Below, piece after piece: positions 36,001-48,560 of a DNA stretch of 50,316 bases. The stretch is from Veleropilina oligotropha (Eukaryota): the NCBI GenBank assembly GCA_048128005.1, contig JBEUKZ010000013.1, positions 186,001 to 236,316 on the forward strand, in the 5' to 3' direction. The first letter of the stretch is position 1, and each line of letters opens with the position of its first letter. Below the pieces are notes generated by a model. That model ran no database searches and was not told where the DNA came from. It saw nothing but the letters and a program-made list of their open reading frames with translations. A program made the position numbers and the translations under genes.

Positions 36001-37309
36001 AATATACTCGTTCGTATCCATAATACGGGAGGTGATGGCAAACAGCAGAACTGAGCAATTCCATTTACAATTCCTATTAGTATTACAGCTGCTTATCATT
36101 TATGCGGAAAAACAGCAGACAATCGAAACACTGATCTTCATTTATTTATACTGCATTCTTAATAATGTAAATAAAGGTTGTGATGTTGGATTTGGACAAA
36201 AGCTGTGACCATGGAGAGGTGGTGTTTGTCCAAAGCAGTTCCAGCACATTGCCCCTCACCAAAACGTTGGGTTCACCAGGGTCTCATTTCAAATGCTTGC
36301 CATGTTGTATTTCTTTATTTGGGAGCAGTCACACCTGAAATAATCAAAATAAATGATGTTAACAGTTAAACTTAAATATTTAACATAATTTTATTTTATA
36401 AATAAGCCCCCCCCCCCCAAACAAAAAATTGTTTGATTCCTGTTACATGCTCATTAGGGTAGGTAGATAGGTAAATATTTGTAGGCAGCCATTAATACTA
36501 TTTAATAGATATATCACACATCACAAAACTTTCCAGAGAGCAAATAGGACGGTCAGATGCGAGATGGATTTTTTTGAAAATAAATCACTGATAAAAACTT
36601 TAGAGAACGGCAGAAAATTTAGGTAGGGTCGGGTAACATGAACCAAGTCTGAAGACATTTTTTCTTTTTGGCCTAATAGCTATTGACTGAGAAAATTATA
36701 TATTAAATATTTTACATCATCGTGATAAGCAATGAACAGCTTTTTACAACAAAAAAGTCTAAATCAGCGTGCTCAGCTAAAAGTAAAACATTATGTAGGC
36801 CTATAACCACAGTATGCTGCTTCTAGACGATACTGCACGTACAATTTATATCAAAATGCTAAGGCCTACCAAAATTAATAATAAATAATCAAATCTAAAT
36901 TATACAAAGAAATGGCTAGGCCTATTTATTTGGGAAAATAATTTCATCTAAGACAACTGAACATTATTTACAGTGTTGAAGTGGTTATGTTAAATATCGT
37001 CTAAGAAAAATTATCTCCCCTGTCGCGTTGTTTGCCCCTTCAAATGATAACATTCACTAGTTCAGCATAATTATAAAAGTATTTCAAATAGACAAACATA
37101 TATTATACTTGCATGGAATATTTGTGTTATTAATTATAAGCGTAGGAGAATGATACAAACCATGATTATCGATAGGGTCTTCCATAAGCGTCGTATCCTT
37201 TGCGTCGAAACCAAATCGTACACCGACCTTCGCCTGTCAGTTGTTCCCACTTGACCTTTGACCCGACAGTAATCACGTGACATTTTCTGTGATTCGCACG
37301 TCATGTATG
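33032..37309. mobile_element. Unclassified 4.3 kb TIR DNA transposon, decayed
   Basis: 22-bp TIRs (33033-33054 ATACATGACTTTCGAATCTCAG; 37287-37308; 3 mismatches) flanked by GGATTT on both sides. Confidence 0.7.
33768..34031. mobile_element. hAT-like MITE
   Basis: TIR CAGGGGCGGATCC / GGATCCGCCCCTG, with GGATA on both flanks. Confidence 0.8.
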
Positions 37310-38253
37310 GGATTTTAACATGCAGTGCATAAATCATTGTTATTATGACTATCATGACCATTGTACAGAGCATTGAGACATACTGTTTGGTAAATGCGCT
37401 TTTAAGAAATAAATGTATTATTATTATTATTATAAATCACTCGCATGCGCTTGTATGACCATACTATTCCTTATTTGCTGATTCTAGCCACTGTCCTGAA
37501 ATAATATCATTACTATGTTACTCCCTGTTTCATGCAAATAGCCAGATATAAACCAAGAAAATCATCACCATGCAACGTTTATTGGCCTGTGTATCGTACC
37601 ACGAAAACATGCTGCCTTTCTTCATTATAGTTTATTATGGTTAAAGACTCAAACGGTAATACTTTTCCCCCATTACATTTGCATGTTACATTTAACACAT
37701 ATTGACAAATATTAGTATGGCGCAACAATGTTGATTCTAAATAGTTTCCACAATAGTTGCTGGGATGTTTGTACATATCAGTCGGTACAATACGCATAAT
37801 GACATGATACAAACATTAATGTTGGGAAAAAGTATTGATTGTTTGTTTTCAACAGTGTTTACCGACTTGCTTGTAAATTTTTTACCGTTAGCAATATTAA
37901 CGTGTTGATATCGACTGAGGGCGTTGAATGATAGGACTGATGTGTTTTAATGTTTTGTGCTCCCAGCGAGAAAGTCATGAATTATGATGTTCAGTTATGT
38001 TTTGTCATTAACATTAGCATTGACTGGATATAATTTGGATGATTGATTATGTTCTTCCTTTTATTCCAGTTCAAATTAAAGGCCGAATGAAGAAGATTGA
38101 TGTGTCATAACGATTTCGCTGTCAAATTATTCACCAATCAAAGCAATGTCAAATTAATTGGAGCGATACTGGGGAACAATTCACAAACAGGACAGTTCTT
38201 TCTACAGCCACTTTGATATAACGTCTCACTAAGTGTCTGTAGCAAAGCAGTCC

Positions 38254-39102
38254 ATGATGCAAATAAGCTTAAACACCACGACTGTCAACATCATGTGCAA
38301 CCTGACATTTTCAGGACACATGCAAAACCATATTGGGGAGAAAGCATTCCAATGTGGCCACTGCGATCATCGATGTTCAACTGCAGGCAATCTTAAGTCA
38401 CACATGCGAATACATTCCGGGGAGAAACCATACCAATGTTTTGTTTGCAATAAGACATTTTCACAATCGGGTAGCCTTAAGTCACACATGGTAACCCATA
38501 CTGAGGAAACGCCCTATCAGTGCGCTGAGTGTTTTAAGGCATTTTCCCGAGCAGATAGTATTAAGAGACACATGCGAATCCATACCGGTGAGAAACCATA
38601 CCAGTGTGGTGTGTGTCATGAGGCCTTTTCGGACTCTGGTCATCTTAAGACGCACATGCTTATCCATACTCTGGAGAAGCCACACCAGTGTGATGTGTGT
38701 TGTAAGACGTTTGCACTATCAAATACCCTTAGGCAGCACATGCGAATCCATACCGGGGAGAAACCATACCAATGCGTTGTGTGTAATCGGACATTTTCGC
38801 AATCGAGCAATCTTAAGACTCATATACTTATCCATACTATGCAGAAGCCACACCAGTGCCATGTGTGTTGTAAGACGTTTGCACAATCAAGTACTCTTAT
38901 GAGACACATGAAAATCCATACTGGGGAGAAACCATACCAATGCGTTGTGTGTGATCGGACATTTTCCCACTCTGGCAATCTTAAGACACACATGAGTACC
39001 CATACCATGGATAAGCCACACATGTGTGATGTGTGTAGCAAGACTTTTGCGCTACCACTTAATCTTAACGGCCACATGCGAGTCCATACTAAGAGATATT
39101 AA
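38254..39102 (+). CDS. C2H2 zinc-finger protein, 9 intact fingers plus one broken finger (paralog B)
   Basis: Tandem C2H2 array; first ATG at 38254; same acceptor TTCCTTTTATTCCAG ending at 38069; flanks 37765-39290 are homologous to 13730-15282. Confidence 0.9.
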   Translation: MMQISLNTTTVNIMCNLTFSGHMQNHIGEKAFQCGHCDHRCSTAGNLKSHMRIHSGEKPYQCFVCNKTFSQSGSLKSHMVTHTEETPYQCAECFKAFSRADSIKRHMRIHTGEKPYQCGVCHEAFSDSGHLKTHMLIHTLEKPHQCDVCCKTFALSNTLRQHMRIHTGEKPYQCVVCNRTFSQSSNLKTHILIHTMQKPHQCHVCCKTFAQSSTLMRHMKIHTGEKPYQCVVCDRTFSHSGNLKTHMSTHTMDKPHMCDVCSKTFALPLNLNGHMRVHTKRY

Positions 39103-40169
39103 TTGATCAGTGCCCTGCATGTCGGCAGAAATGTACACATGATGCTCTCTTAAAACGGCACACGCCACGAGGAGCAGGTGAGCCAGGCGTTTATGATATG
39201 CTCAAGATAATTAGCCTAGACCATTTCATTTAACTTATTTTTATTATTGTATTATAGTAATACTGACATGAATCAATTCAAAATGCCTGGTGTAGCACGC
39301 TAAAAGTGACCCGGATCATTTCTGTCCTAGAATAAAAGTGTCCTGGGCTCAGTTTTATTCTTGGACATAAGTGCCCAAGGTTAATTTTGCCCTTGGATTG
39401 AAGTGACCCAGTCAGGGTGTAATTTTGGGAGATACCCTTATAGTAAAATTAATAAATGTTACTTTAGTTATATTAACAAGTGCTATAGATATATCAGTAT
39501 CCGAGTGGCAAAAGCATAAATTATTTTTAATATGCAAAAAATAATAAAACTTTTAATAATAATTAATATAATGTTCATGTGCCTATATTGAATTCCCTAT
39601 AATATCACTGTCAGAATAGAACATGTTATAAATATAGTCCTCTGACAACACCAATTCTTGATGAAATTTGAATGTTACTGTCACTGCTGTGCCTACCTTA
39701 CTGAACCGTGTTGTGATTTTTACTCGTATACTTTCTAAAGATCCCCTTTATTCAACTGCAACATTGTAATGCATGAACAGAAGAAGAAAATCAAATGGTC
39801 GATGCCAACCATCATTTGATTCAAAGCAGGACATGTCCATATTCTCGCGGGATGAAAGTGCAGTCGCCATGGGAAACCAGCCCTCTCTGACAGGTTAGTA
39901 CAGCTGTGACTCATAACTTGACCAAATTATGTCATGTCTCAACCGAGGTTCAAGCTCACTAATGTTTGTGTCATCAGAATATTGCCAGTGATTTTTCGGA
40001 GTCCACAGCCGAAACCACAAAACTGTCGAAGTGGCACTATAGTCAATGAAACATCATCTGCCCTCAACAACATGGCTTTTGAAGACATCATACCCCCCCC
40101 CCAATACGCAATTTTTTTAATTTGGTGAAACCGGTAAATAACCGCATATGTGTCATGTTGGGGGTCATA

Positions 40170-40620
<451 letters not shown>

Positions 40621-40699
40621 TGTTCCAGATAAGGATTTGGCGGAAAGGGTAATCACCCCCTGATTTTAGAACAAAGGGTTATTTCAAAATGTCAAAGTG

Positions 40700-40971
40700 T
40701 ATGTCAGGGTCGAGGCAGGTACGTTCGCGACCGAAGGCCGCGAAGATGGAGCGGCCGTAGGCCGCGAATGCCTAGGGGGGTTTGGGGGCATGCCCCCCCA
40801 AGATTTTTTTAATTTAGATGCTCTGAGAAGCGTTCTCCTGCATTCTGGGACAAAAATTGACATTTGTTTTGGCCTCAAAATTTCTAGTTTGGAGAGCAAA
40901 AAAATGTTTTCGTTTCTGGCAGAAATATTGGGGCGGCGGCCGCCACCCCAGCTCCGACGGTCACGCCTCTG
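40700..40971. mobile_element. GC-rich MITE fragment nested in the hAT end
   Basis: GGGGGGTTTGGGGGCATGCCCCCCCAAGATTTTTTT core; ends GGTCACGCCTCTG; the left TIR was not found. Confidence 0.45.
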
Positions 40972-41410
40972 TATCATATATACATTTCCTCTTAACCATT
41001 AACCGGTTCCATTAATACACATCGACCTACCTATTAACTGATATTGAAAAGTACAGGAACAGATAATACAGCATTGCCCCCTGATTTTAGAATAAACGGT
41101 ATTTGAGGGGTATTCGCTCTAAATCATTAATTTTACCAGGTCCATCAATAAATGCGTCAAATGGTTAACATTGGATATTGATACTTAAACGTATCAGTTA
41201 TCCATCCATTGCCAAGGCAAGCATTTCAACAAACTAAATTTCAACGTCATGCATGTCATGACTCATCGTCAAACATCAGGCGCCAAATTATTAACTAGTT
41301 TTAATAAATAAACACAGTACTGGATATACTAATTTAATGGAGCATGGCCATTTTACATTAAAAGATGACGCAACTTTAAGTGACAAAATCAGATGCCCGA
41401 TTAATAATAA

Positions 41411-43549
41411 TTAGTCTTTTTTTTTCTTTTTGTATGCAGCAATAAGCCTCCCGATTCTACGCTTCTTTTTCTTATTCCACAAAGAAGCTGCCACGGCAAT
41501 ACGAAAGTCTTCTACATTTGGGCCAACCAATAAAATTGTCAACAGTGTATTAAGTTGCTCTGGTAGTAAACTACATCTTAATTTATTTTTCAGTCTGTTC
41601 TGGTGACTAAAAGAGCGCTCGCATTCAACACTTGTGATTCCAATACACAGTGCTATGGTGCATAATTTTGAAAAGTTCGGCAGCAATTTCGAATTCAGTG
41701 AAATTACTCTGTGGCACAGTTGTTTCAAATTATTGTTTCGATTACATCCAAATATCATGGCTTTCAGTTTGGGCCACTCGTTTTGAAGCTCAGTGGCATC
41801 GAGTATTTGGTCATGTTTACTTTCAATGGCTACTGGATTATCAGGATCACTATCTGATGGAATAATATGCGTCGTTTGGTCTTTTCCGTATAGTTTGCAC
41901 ACCGTTGACAAAGCCACCTTCCGTGACTGTTGGGGGGTACAAAAGATTGCCTAAGCTGGTTAAAATTTCACTGTCATGTTCTTCTAATCTGGATTGAATA
42001 TTTTCGCTTAACGCATCCAAATATTTGTCTTTGGTCTTTTTGAAATCATCTTTAATTCGGGCATTGAAATGTAAAATTTCAACACCTTTGATCGACACAT
42101 CTTCTGAGTTTGATGAAGAATCTAATTGTGTCCAAGCCTATTGTAAATTCTTTCCAAATTTGGATTTCATGAGTTCAATGCTGGCTCTAGTAGCTGCAAT
42201 CATTGGTGGCACCTCAGTAAACACCAAATTGTCCTTTTGTAGTTCCTGAGAAAGGATGCCACTTTCTGAGTGTATGTCCACCATAAGCGCCGTGAACAGC
42301 AACACCTTCGCTTCTCTAAAGTACTTGAAAAGAGATTCTGCGACAGTGTTATCCTGTCCAAGTTGAGACAATGTTGAGAGGACAGACGGATAGCATCTAT
42401 ACACTGCCTCTACTGAATTACGAAGACTCAACCATCGGATTGAGCTGGGTTCTTTAATTTTAAGAACAGGGTCATTTAATACCTTCTGTATTTTGTCCAA
42501 CTGTGCAGCCCTAATAGCTGAACTGCTGAAATGGATATATAGAGTGTTAAATCTTGATTTCAACGTAATCAACTCCTTGATGTTTTTCATTGCATGCAGG
42601 CATGCTAAATTTAATCGATGTGCAAGACAATGAACTTGAATAATGAACGGTGAATATTTCGCTCGCAGTTGAACACCAACCCCCATTTTGCGACCTGTCA
42701 TGGTTGGTGCTCCGTCTGTCGCTAGACTGACACAATGGTGCATGCATATGCCCATTTGCTGAAGACAATCAACAACGCCATTAACAATAGTTGTTGCTTT
42801 TCCATCATAGACTAAGACATTCTTTAGGAACGAACTCGTAACTTTCCCTTTTTCAATAAAGCGAATGCAGATCACTAATTTTTTTCGTTTCCTAAATCCG
42901 TACTTTCGTCTATTGATATGCCAAATAGAGGTGAATTCTTGACTCTTTTAACCAAATCATTCATTAGTATTTCGACTATGCACGACTGAATATCTGTAAT
43001 AGTATCCCAGCTTAAATTCTGATAAGATACTTCAATTCCATTCAATCTTTGAAGTGTCAACAAATTATTTATTTTGTCACTCGGTAACTCCTCCTTAGCA
43101 GCAAAATATACAGTGTTGAATAATATCCGATCGTTATCAGATATTTCCAGTGCGAGACTATCTATTAAAATGTCAGAGTTATCTTCTCCCTCGAATTTAC
43201 GTTTGATCGACAGTCGAACAGAATCACAGTGATCAACGGACTCACTATGCCTAACCAAACCAGACAGCTGAATGTTTTTTGACCCCTTAGTGAAGCCGTT
43301 TATTTTCCCGTAATCTAAACAATACGTACATGTCATTATTTTTTCTTCATCGCTGACAGCAACGTCAAGCCATGGATATATTGCCAGCCATTGTTTAATT
43401 GTTTTCGAAGACGCCGTGCCGTGTCTCGCTTTTATAGAATAATTTATGGCGCCTGCTATTAAACTGTCAATTAATTCCTTTACGACGACAGTTGCTGATA
43501 TTCCCCCTTTCCTCATAAAGAAATCCAAAGTCGTTTGCGTGGAAGCCAT
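41411..43549 (-). pseudogene. hAT transposase (ZNF862/ZMYM1-like), disrupted
   Basis: TTF-type Zn finger (YPWL..CTYC..RHSESVDH); ISIDESTD, LATDGA, HCLAHRLNL, IRWLS, TSVECERSFS; frameshifts near 42875 and 41915 and a stop at 42138. Confidence 0.93.
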
Positions 43550-43988
43550 TGTTGATTTTAACCCACAGCCGATTTCCACGTGTTCGGACTGGTTTTCGTC
43601 ACAGAAAAGCAAAGTAGACCTATTTTTAGATTCTGAGCATTCGACCTTTCAATCTCGGCATTTCCCATAAATTAATCACACACGACGACGTCGGTACTTT
43701 CGTAGTGTCGCGAGAACATTACTGTTTTCTAACGCAGATAGAATGTCACAACTTTTGTCAAGAAATCAAACATACATGCGTAAAAACAGTGAGCATAGCC
43801 CGATATGTATTAAAATTACGCGCAACATTTTAGAGTCGTGCGTATTTTGACTTTCCGTGTACGTTTTGTGACGCACGGGTTTTGACATGTGCGCGTATTT
43901 TACCAAAAATCGTGCGTAAATTACGCACGTACGCACGTTATCTGTAGCACTGATATATATATATATATAAATATATAAATATATAAAT

Positions 43989-44134
43989 ATAGGATATACC
44001 ATAGCCTTTTCAAATTGTGGCTTTATCTCACGAGTGGTATACAAGACTAAAAATCGAGCTTTAGCGAGATTTTTAGTCTTGTATACCACGAGTGGGATAA
44101 AGCCACAATTTGAAAAGGCCTTGGTATATCTTAT
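43989..44134. repeat. Near-perfect ~145 bp palindrome
   Basis: GCCTTTTCAAATTGTGGCTTTATC..GTGGTATACAAGACTAAAAATC / GATTTTTAGTCTTGTATACCAC..GATAAAGCCACAATTTGAAAAGGC. Confidence 0.9.
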
Positions 44135-44914
44135 TAATCCAATGTAGCTATTTAAATTATTTATATTTGTTATATTTAACAACAAACTGCATGCTGGTTG
44201 ACTATCCACTTGGTTGATTTGCATAAAAAGTGTATCTACTCTAAATCAAATAGTCCAACAAATTTATAAACTAAATACAATTATTGTATGAAAACAACGC
44301 CTTTCCCATTTCTGCATACTGGTATAAAATGGTATATACTGCCTTCATTTTAAAACATTAATAATAAGTTCATGCAGTACATTAATTAAGATTTACAAAG
44401 AATGTCAGGGATTTCATTTATGCCTGACGTCACGGCACGCGCCGAATGTGGGCGGCGCTAAGTGTCAAGGCGAATTTGCAAGTGTCAGCATATAAAGCGT
44501 CAATATATATTACATCATTTCTGGATTTAATACAATACATATTGAAAAGATGGCATATAAACCAAAATAACAAGTGGATTTACAACAGGATTTATTGATG
44601 GAACAGGATACAACAGCCACGATTTGTCAAAGTAAGTAAACATTTTAAAATAATTTAACGAATTCAATGTAGGCCTACGAACAAAATATTTTCAAGATTT
44701 GCAGATAATTTTGTTACACAGTTAGTATAACTTGTATAGGCCTACTGTTGTGGAGCAATATATACGTTCATATTTTGAATTGTGACATTGGATCCATAAC
44801 CGAACAAGATAGGATCCGATTATCCGTGGTTCGTTTGGCCGGTGGTTTCAGCATGTTGACGGTCATTTGGGACATATTCAAAATTTAATGCTGTTGTTCA
44901 ACATGGGTGTGTGA

Positions 44915-45135
44915 TTTTTATGCCACCACCAATTTATTGGGGTGGCATTTAGATTTACTCTTGTCCGTCCCGTCCGTCCGTCCCGTCCGTCCCGAAACCA
45001 GTATTTGCGTGTAAGCAACTCCAATCTGCTATAACTTATATTTGCCTTCATGGATTGACTTGATACTTTGTACACTGCCCCTATGGTCAAGGCTGCCAGT
45101 GGGGGCATTCGTGTCCGATGGACATATTTCTAGTT
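44915..45135 (+). mobile_element. Short HINE/DINE-1-like Helentron derivative
   Basis: TTTTTATGCCACC..GGTGGCAT hairpin, (GTCC)n microsatellite, 3' GGGGGCAT + TGTCCgatGGACA hairpin + TTCTAGTT. Confidence 0.75.
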
Positions 45136-45165
45136 GATGAATATTTCAACTGAGAATGGAGGAGC

Positions 45166-45393
45166 AATTTGAAAAGGCAGTTGTATATCTTATCAAATGT
45201 GGCTATTTTCATCATTTAAATTATTTATATTTGTTATATTTAACAGCAAACTGCATTATTGACTATTCACATGGTTGATTTACATAAAATGTGTATCTAC
45301 TCTAAATCAAATAGCCTAGTCCAACAAATTTAAAAACTAAATACAATTATTTGTATGTACCCTTATGAAAACAACGCCTTTCCCATTTATGCA
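45166..45393 (+). repeat. Diverged direct copy of 44106-44315
   Basis: Shared CAATTTGAAAAGGC, ATTTAAATTATTTATATTTGTTATATTTAAC, GTGTATCTACTCTAAATCAAATAG and ATGAAAACAACGCCTTTCCCATTT. Confidence 0.85.
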
Positions 45394-45591
45394 GGCTGCT
45401 TCGGCAGCGCAGTGGGTAGAGTGTCCACTCTAACTTCACTGGCTTGATTCCGCTAATGCGAACAGTAGTGGGTTCAATACCAGGCTGAGGCATTGAAATT
45501 TGTTCAAGTTATGAATCACAATTGTCCGTGACTGGCCGAAGAGGGCGGGTTTACCCGGGCGACCGGGGTATCCTCCAGTGATAACACGGAC
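45394..45591 (+). mobile_element. tRNA-derived SINE (same family as the 3357 copy), cut off by the Maverick insertion
   Basis: A-box GGCAGCGCAGTGG, B-box GGTTCAATACC, V-like core; homology to the 3357 copy stops at GGAC(A), immediately at AGTAGTAG. Confidence 0.75.
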
Positions 45592-45651
45592 AGTAGTAGG
45601 GGGTGCCTTGGGTATCAGATTAGGGTTCTAACCCCAGGTTTTGGGCGTTTC

Positions 45652-46677
45652 CCCTAACCCTAACTAGGTCAACCCTAACTAGGTCAACCCTAACTAGGTC
45701 AACCCTAACCCTAACCCTAAGTGGGTCAGCCCTAAGTAGGTCACCAGCCCTAAGTAGGTCAACCTAAGTAGGTCAACATAAGTAGGTCACCCTAAGTAGG
45801 TCAACCCTAACCCTGCCCCTAACTAGGTCAACCCATATGGCGGCTAACCCTAACCCCAGCCCTAATTGGGTCAACCCCTAACCCTAAGTAGGTCAACCCT
45901 AATTGGGTCAGCCCTAAGTAGGTCACCCTAAGTAGGTCAACCCTAACCCTGCCCCTAAGTAGGTCAACCCATATGGCGGCTAACCCTAACCCCAGCCCTA
46001 ACCCTAATTGTGTCAACCCTACCCCCTCAACCCTAACCCTAAGCGGGTCAACCCTAATTGTGTCAACCCTGCCCCCTCAACCCTAACCCTAAGTGGGTCA
46101 ACCCTAATTGGGTCACCCTAAGTAGGTCAACCCTAACCCTGCCCCTAAGTAGGTCAACCCATATGACGGCTAACCCTAACCCCAGCCCTAACCCTAATTG
46201 GGTCAGCCCTAAGTAGGTCAACCCTAACCCCCTAACCCTAATTGTGTCAACCCTGCCCCCTCAACCCTAACCCTAAGTGGGTCAACCCTAATTGGGTCAC
46301 CCTAAGTAGGTCAACCCTAACCCTGCCCCTAAGTAGGTCAACCCATATGACGGCTAACCCTAACCCCAGCCCTAACCCTAATTGGGTCAGCCCTAAGTAG
46401 GTCAACCCTAACCCCCTAACCCTAATTGGGTCAACCCTGCCCCCTCAACCCTAACCCTAAGTGGGTCAGCCCTAATTGGGTCACCCTAAGTAGGTCAACC
46501 CTAACCCTGCCCCTACCCCTAAGTAGGTCAACCCATATGACGGCTAACCCTAACCCCAGCCCTAACCCTAATTGGGTCAGCCCTAAGTAGGTCAACCCTA
46601 ACCCCAGCCCTAACCCTAATTGGGTCAACCCCCACCCCCACCCTACCCCCAGCCCTAATTGGTATACCTAACCCTAA
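45652..46677. repeat. Telomere-like (CCCTAA)-derived satellite with higher-order units
   Basis: Mixed CCCTAA, CCCTAAGTAGGTCAA and CCCTAATTGGGTCAA monomers; CCCATATG(G/A)CGGCTAA marks higher-order units near 45832, 45968, 46158, 46342 and 46532. Confidence 0.92.
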
Positions 46678-46829
46678 TTCAACTCCCATATATCACCAGT
46701 ACGAATCTGATATCAAATAGTATTATTCATTAAGACTAAACTCTGTAATCCACTATCATTATATGTTACATTCTGATGTAATATAGTGAAAAATCACAAT
46801 GTATAAGCAGATTGAACCGACAATCTATG

Positions 46830-47195
46830 GCATTGGGGGTGGGGGCATACCCCCCGGGCACTCCACCCTGTTCCGGGGGTGTGGGGCCAGTATAACCCTA
46901 TGTTTTCACCATTTAACCCAAGGTTTTCACTGTTAGTTTTGTGCATTTCCCCCCGGGGGTGGGGTATTGGGGTGGGGGCATACCCCCCGGGCACTCCACC
47001 CTGTTCCGGGGGTGTGTGGGGGAAGTATAACCCTATGCTTTCGTCGTTTAACCCTATGTTTTTGGTGTTTAACCCAAGGTTTTCCCTGTTAGTTTTGTGC
47101 ATTTCCCCGGGGGTGGGGTTTTGTCAGGGGTGGGGGCATACCCCCGGGCGACCCAACCCTGTTCCCAGGGGCGGGGGTAGGTATAACCTTAGGTT
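46830..47195. repeat. GC-rich ~140-165 bp tandem repeat, 3 copies
   Basis: GGGGTGGGGGCATACCCCC(C)GGGC..CCCTGTTCC..GTATAACC recurs near 46835, 46969 and 47127. Confidence 0.88.
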
Positions 47196-48029
47196 TCCTC
47201 TGTCTAGATGAACTATATTGTTCAGTGTTTATTCAAATGTATTTTCCAATGCTATAGACATTGCCGAGTCATATTGGAAGGTCTGCAATTTGGGCGAATT
47301 TGTATGTATACAGCTGTCATGCGACATGTTTGTTGACGTGAAAGCCTTTGTTTCGGATTAAGCGAATAAAGCGATTAAAATCGACTTATAAGTAAGTATA
47401 TACGATGAAATTCAACAGATAATGTCATTTGAATACGAAATATACCTATAATCATTTTAAGGTTGGCATAACATCGAATTATCAGCGGAAAATTGCTATC
47501 GATAGCGTATTAGTCGTATATGGTTTGTTGCTATATTTAGCGAATACTCAATAATAACAGAATGGTATGTAGATAAATAAATAGCGATGAGATTCAACAG
47601 ATATAAGGTCATTTGAAAACGAAATATGCTTATACACTGGTATAACGAAGAATTATTAGTTAATTATTAGCGATTATGAATAATTCTCAACGCTAATATA
47701 TCAATATGACCAGTACGGGATCACGGCATACAGCATTAAAAACAGCTCTCAGTCTGTCATATTAACTGAATTGCCGCTTATATATATATATAGTTTGTTG
47801 TAACTATTTATAGATTATGACTAATCCGTCATTACTGTGATTTCAACTGATTGCGCAATGTCATTTGGGTAAAGCTGGGAATTTCCATAATCCCTGCATT
47901 CTTGCACTCATTCGTTATTTTTTAAGAAAATTCAGATATCAGCCTAAATGCTTTTATATAATGATAAATAAATAGTAAATACCCTCTCATATTAACCAAA
48001 ACGGGAGGGGGGATAGATCTATGATTGAA

Positions 48030-48500
48030 CCGTTTAACATTTCCATTTGATCAGACGAATTATGGGGCGGATAACTGTGATTTAACCAGGTGATATTATC
48101 CCTATATGAATAACATATACTGTTAGTTAGAGAGGTTATATTTATTACATTTCCACATATGAAGCATATTATTATATATATATACCTGACTGTTTAACGT
48201 CTCTATTTGATCGGCCTAATTAGGGGGAGATAACCGTGTACGGTTTCTATTACACCTATATGAATGACATATACTGGTAGTTAGCGAGGCTATATTTATT
48301 ACATAGCCACGTGTGAAGCATATTATATACACGTCCGATTAACGTCTCTATTTTATTGAACGAATTAGGGGGAGGCAACTGTGTTCAGTTTATATTACCC
48401 CTATATGAATAACATATAATGATAATTATATTTTTCAATGCAGTTTGTGATGCATTTATTTCATATCGGACTGTTTAACATCTCCATTTGATCAGATGAA
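48030..48500. repeat. Degenerate ~150 bp tandem repeat, 3-4 copies
   Basis: TTAAC(A/G)T(C/T)TC.ATTT..AATTA.GGGG..CCTATATGAAT.ACATATA recurs near 48031, 48191, 48339 and 48472. Confidence 0.75.
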
Positions 48501-48560
48501 CACAAGGTTTACGGCATATCTGCCCGATTTATTTCATCTATTAGTTTAAGCGGAAGCATA

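Larger units (their letters stand above)
31799..37430 (+). mobile_element. 5'-truncated L2-clade LINE, 3' UTR split by a nested 4.3 kb insertion
   Basis: RT ORF; tail GTACAGAGCATTGAG..ATGCGCTTT..(TAT)n at 37363-37430; TTATAAATC duplicated at 31790 and 37430; empty site at 13708. Confidence 0.85.

Noticed and set aside
45652..46677. True telomere or CRISPR-like array
   Set aside because: It is internal, made of degenerate mixed monomers and has no unique spacers; better explained as a satellite inside a transposon end.
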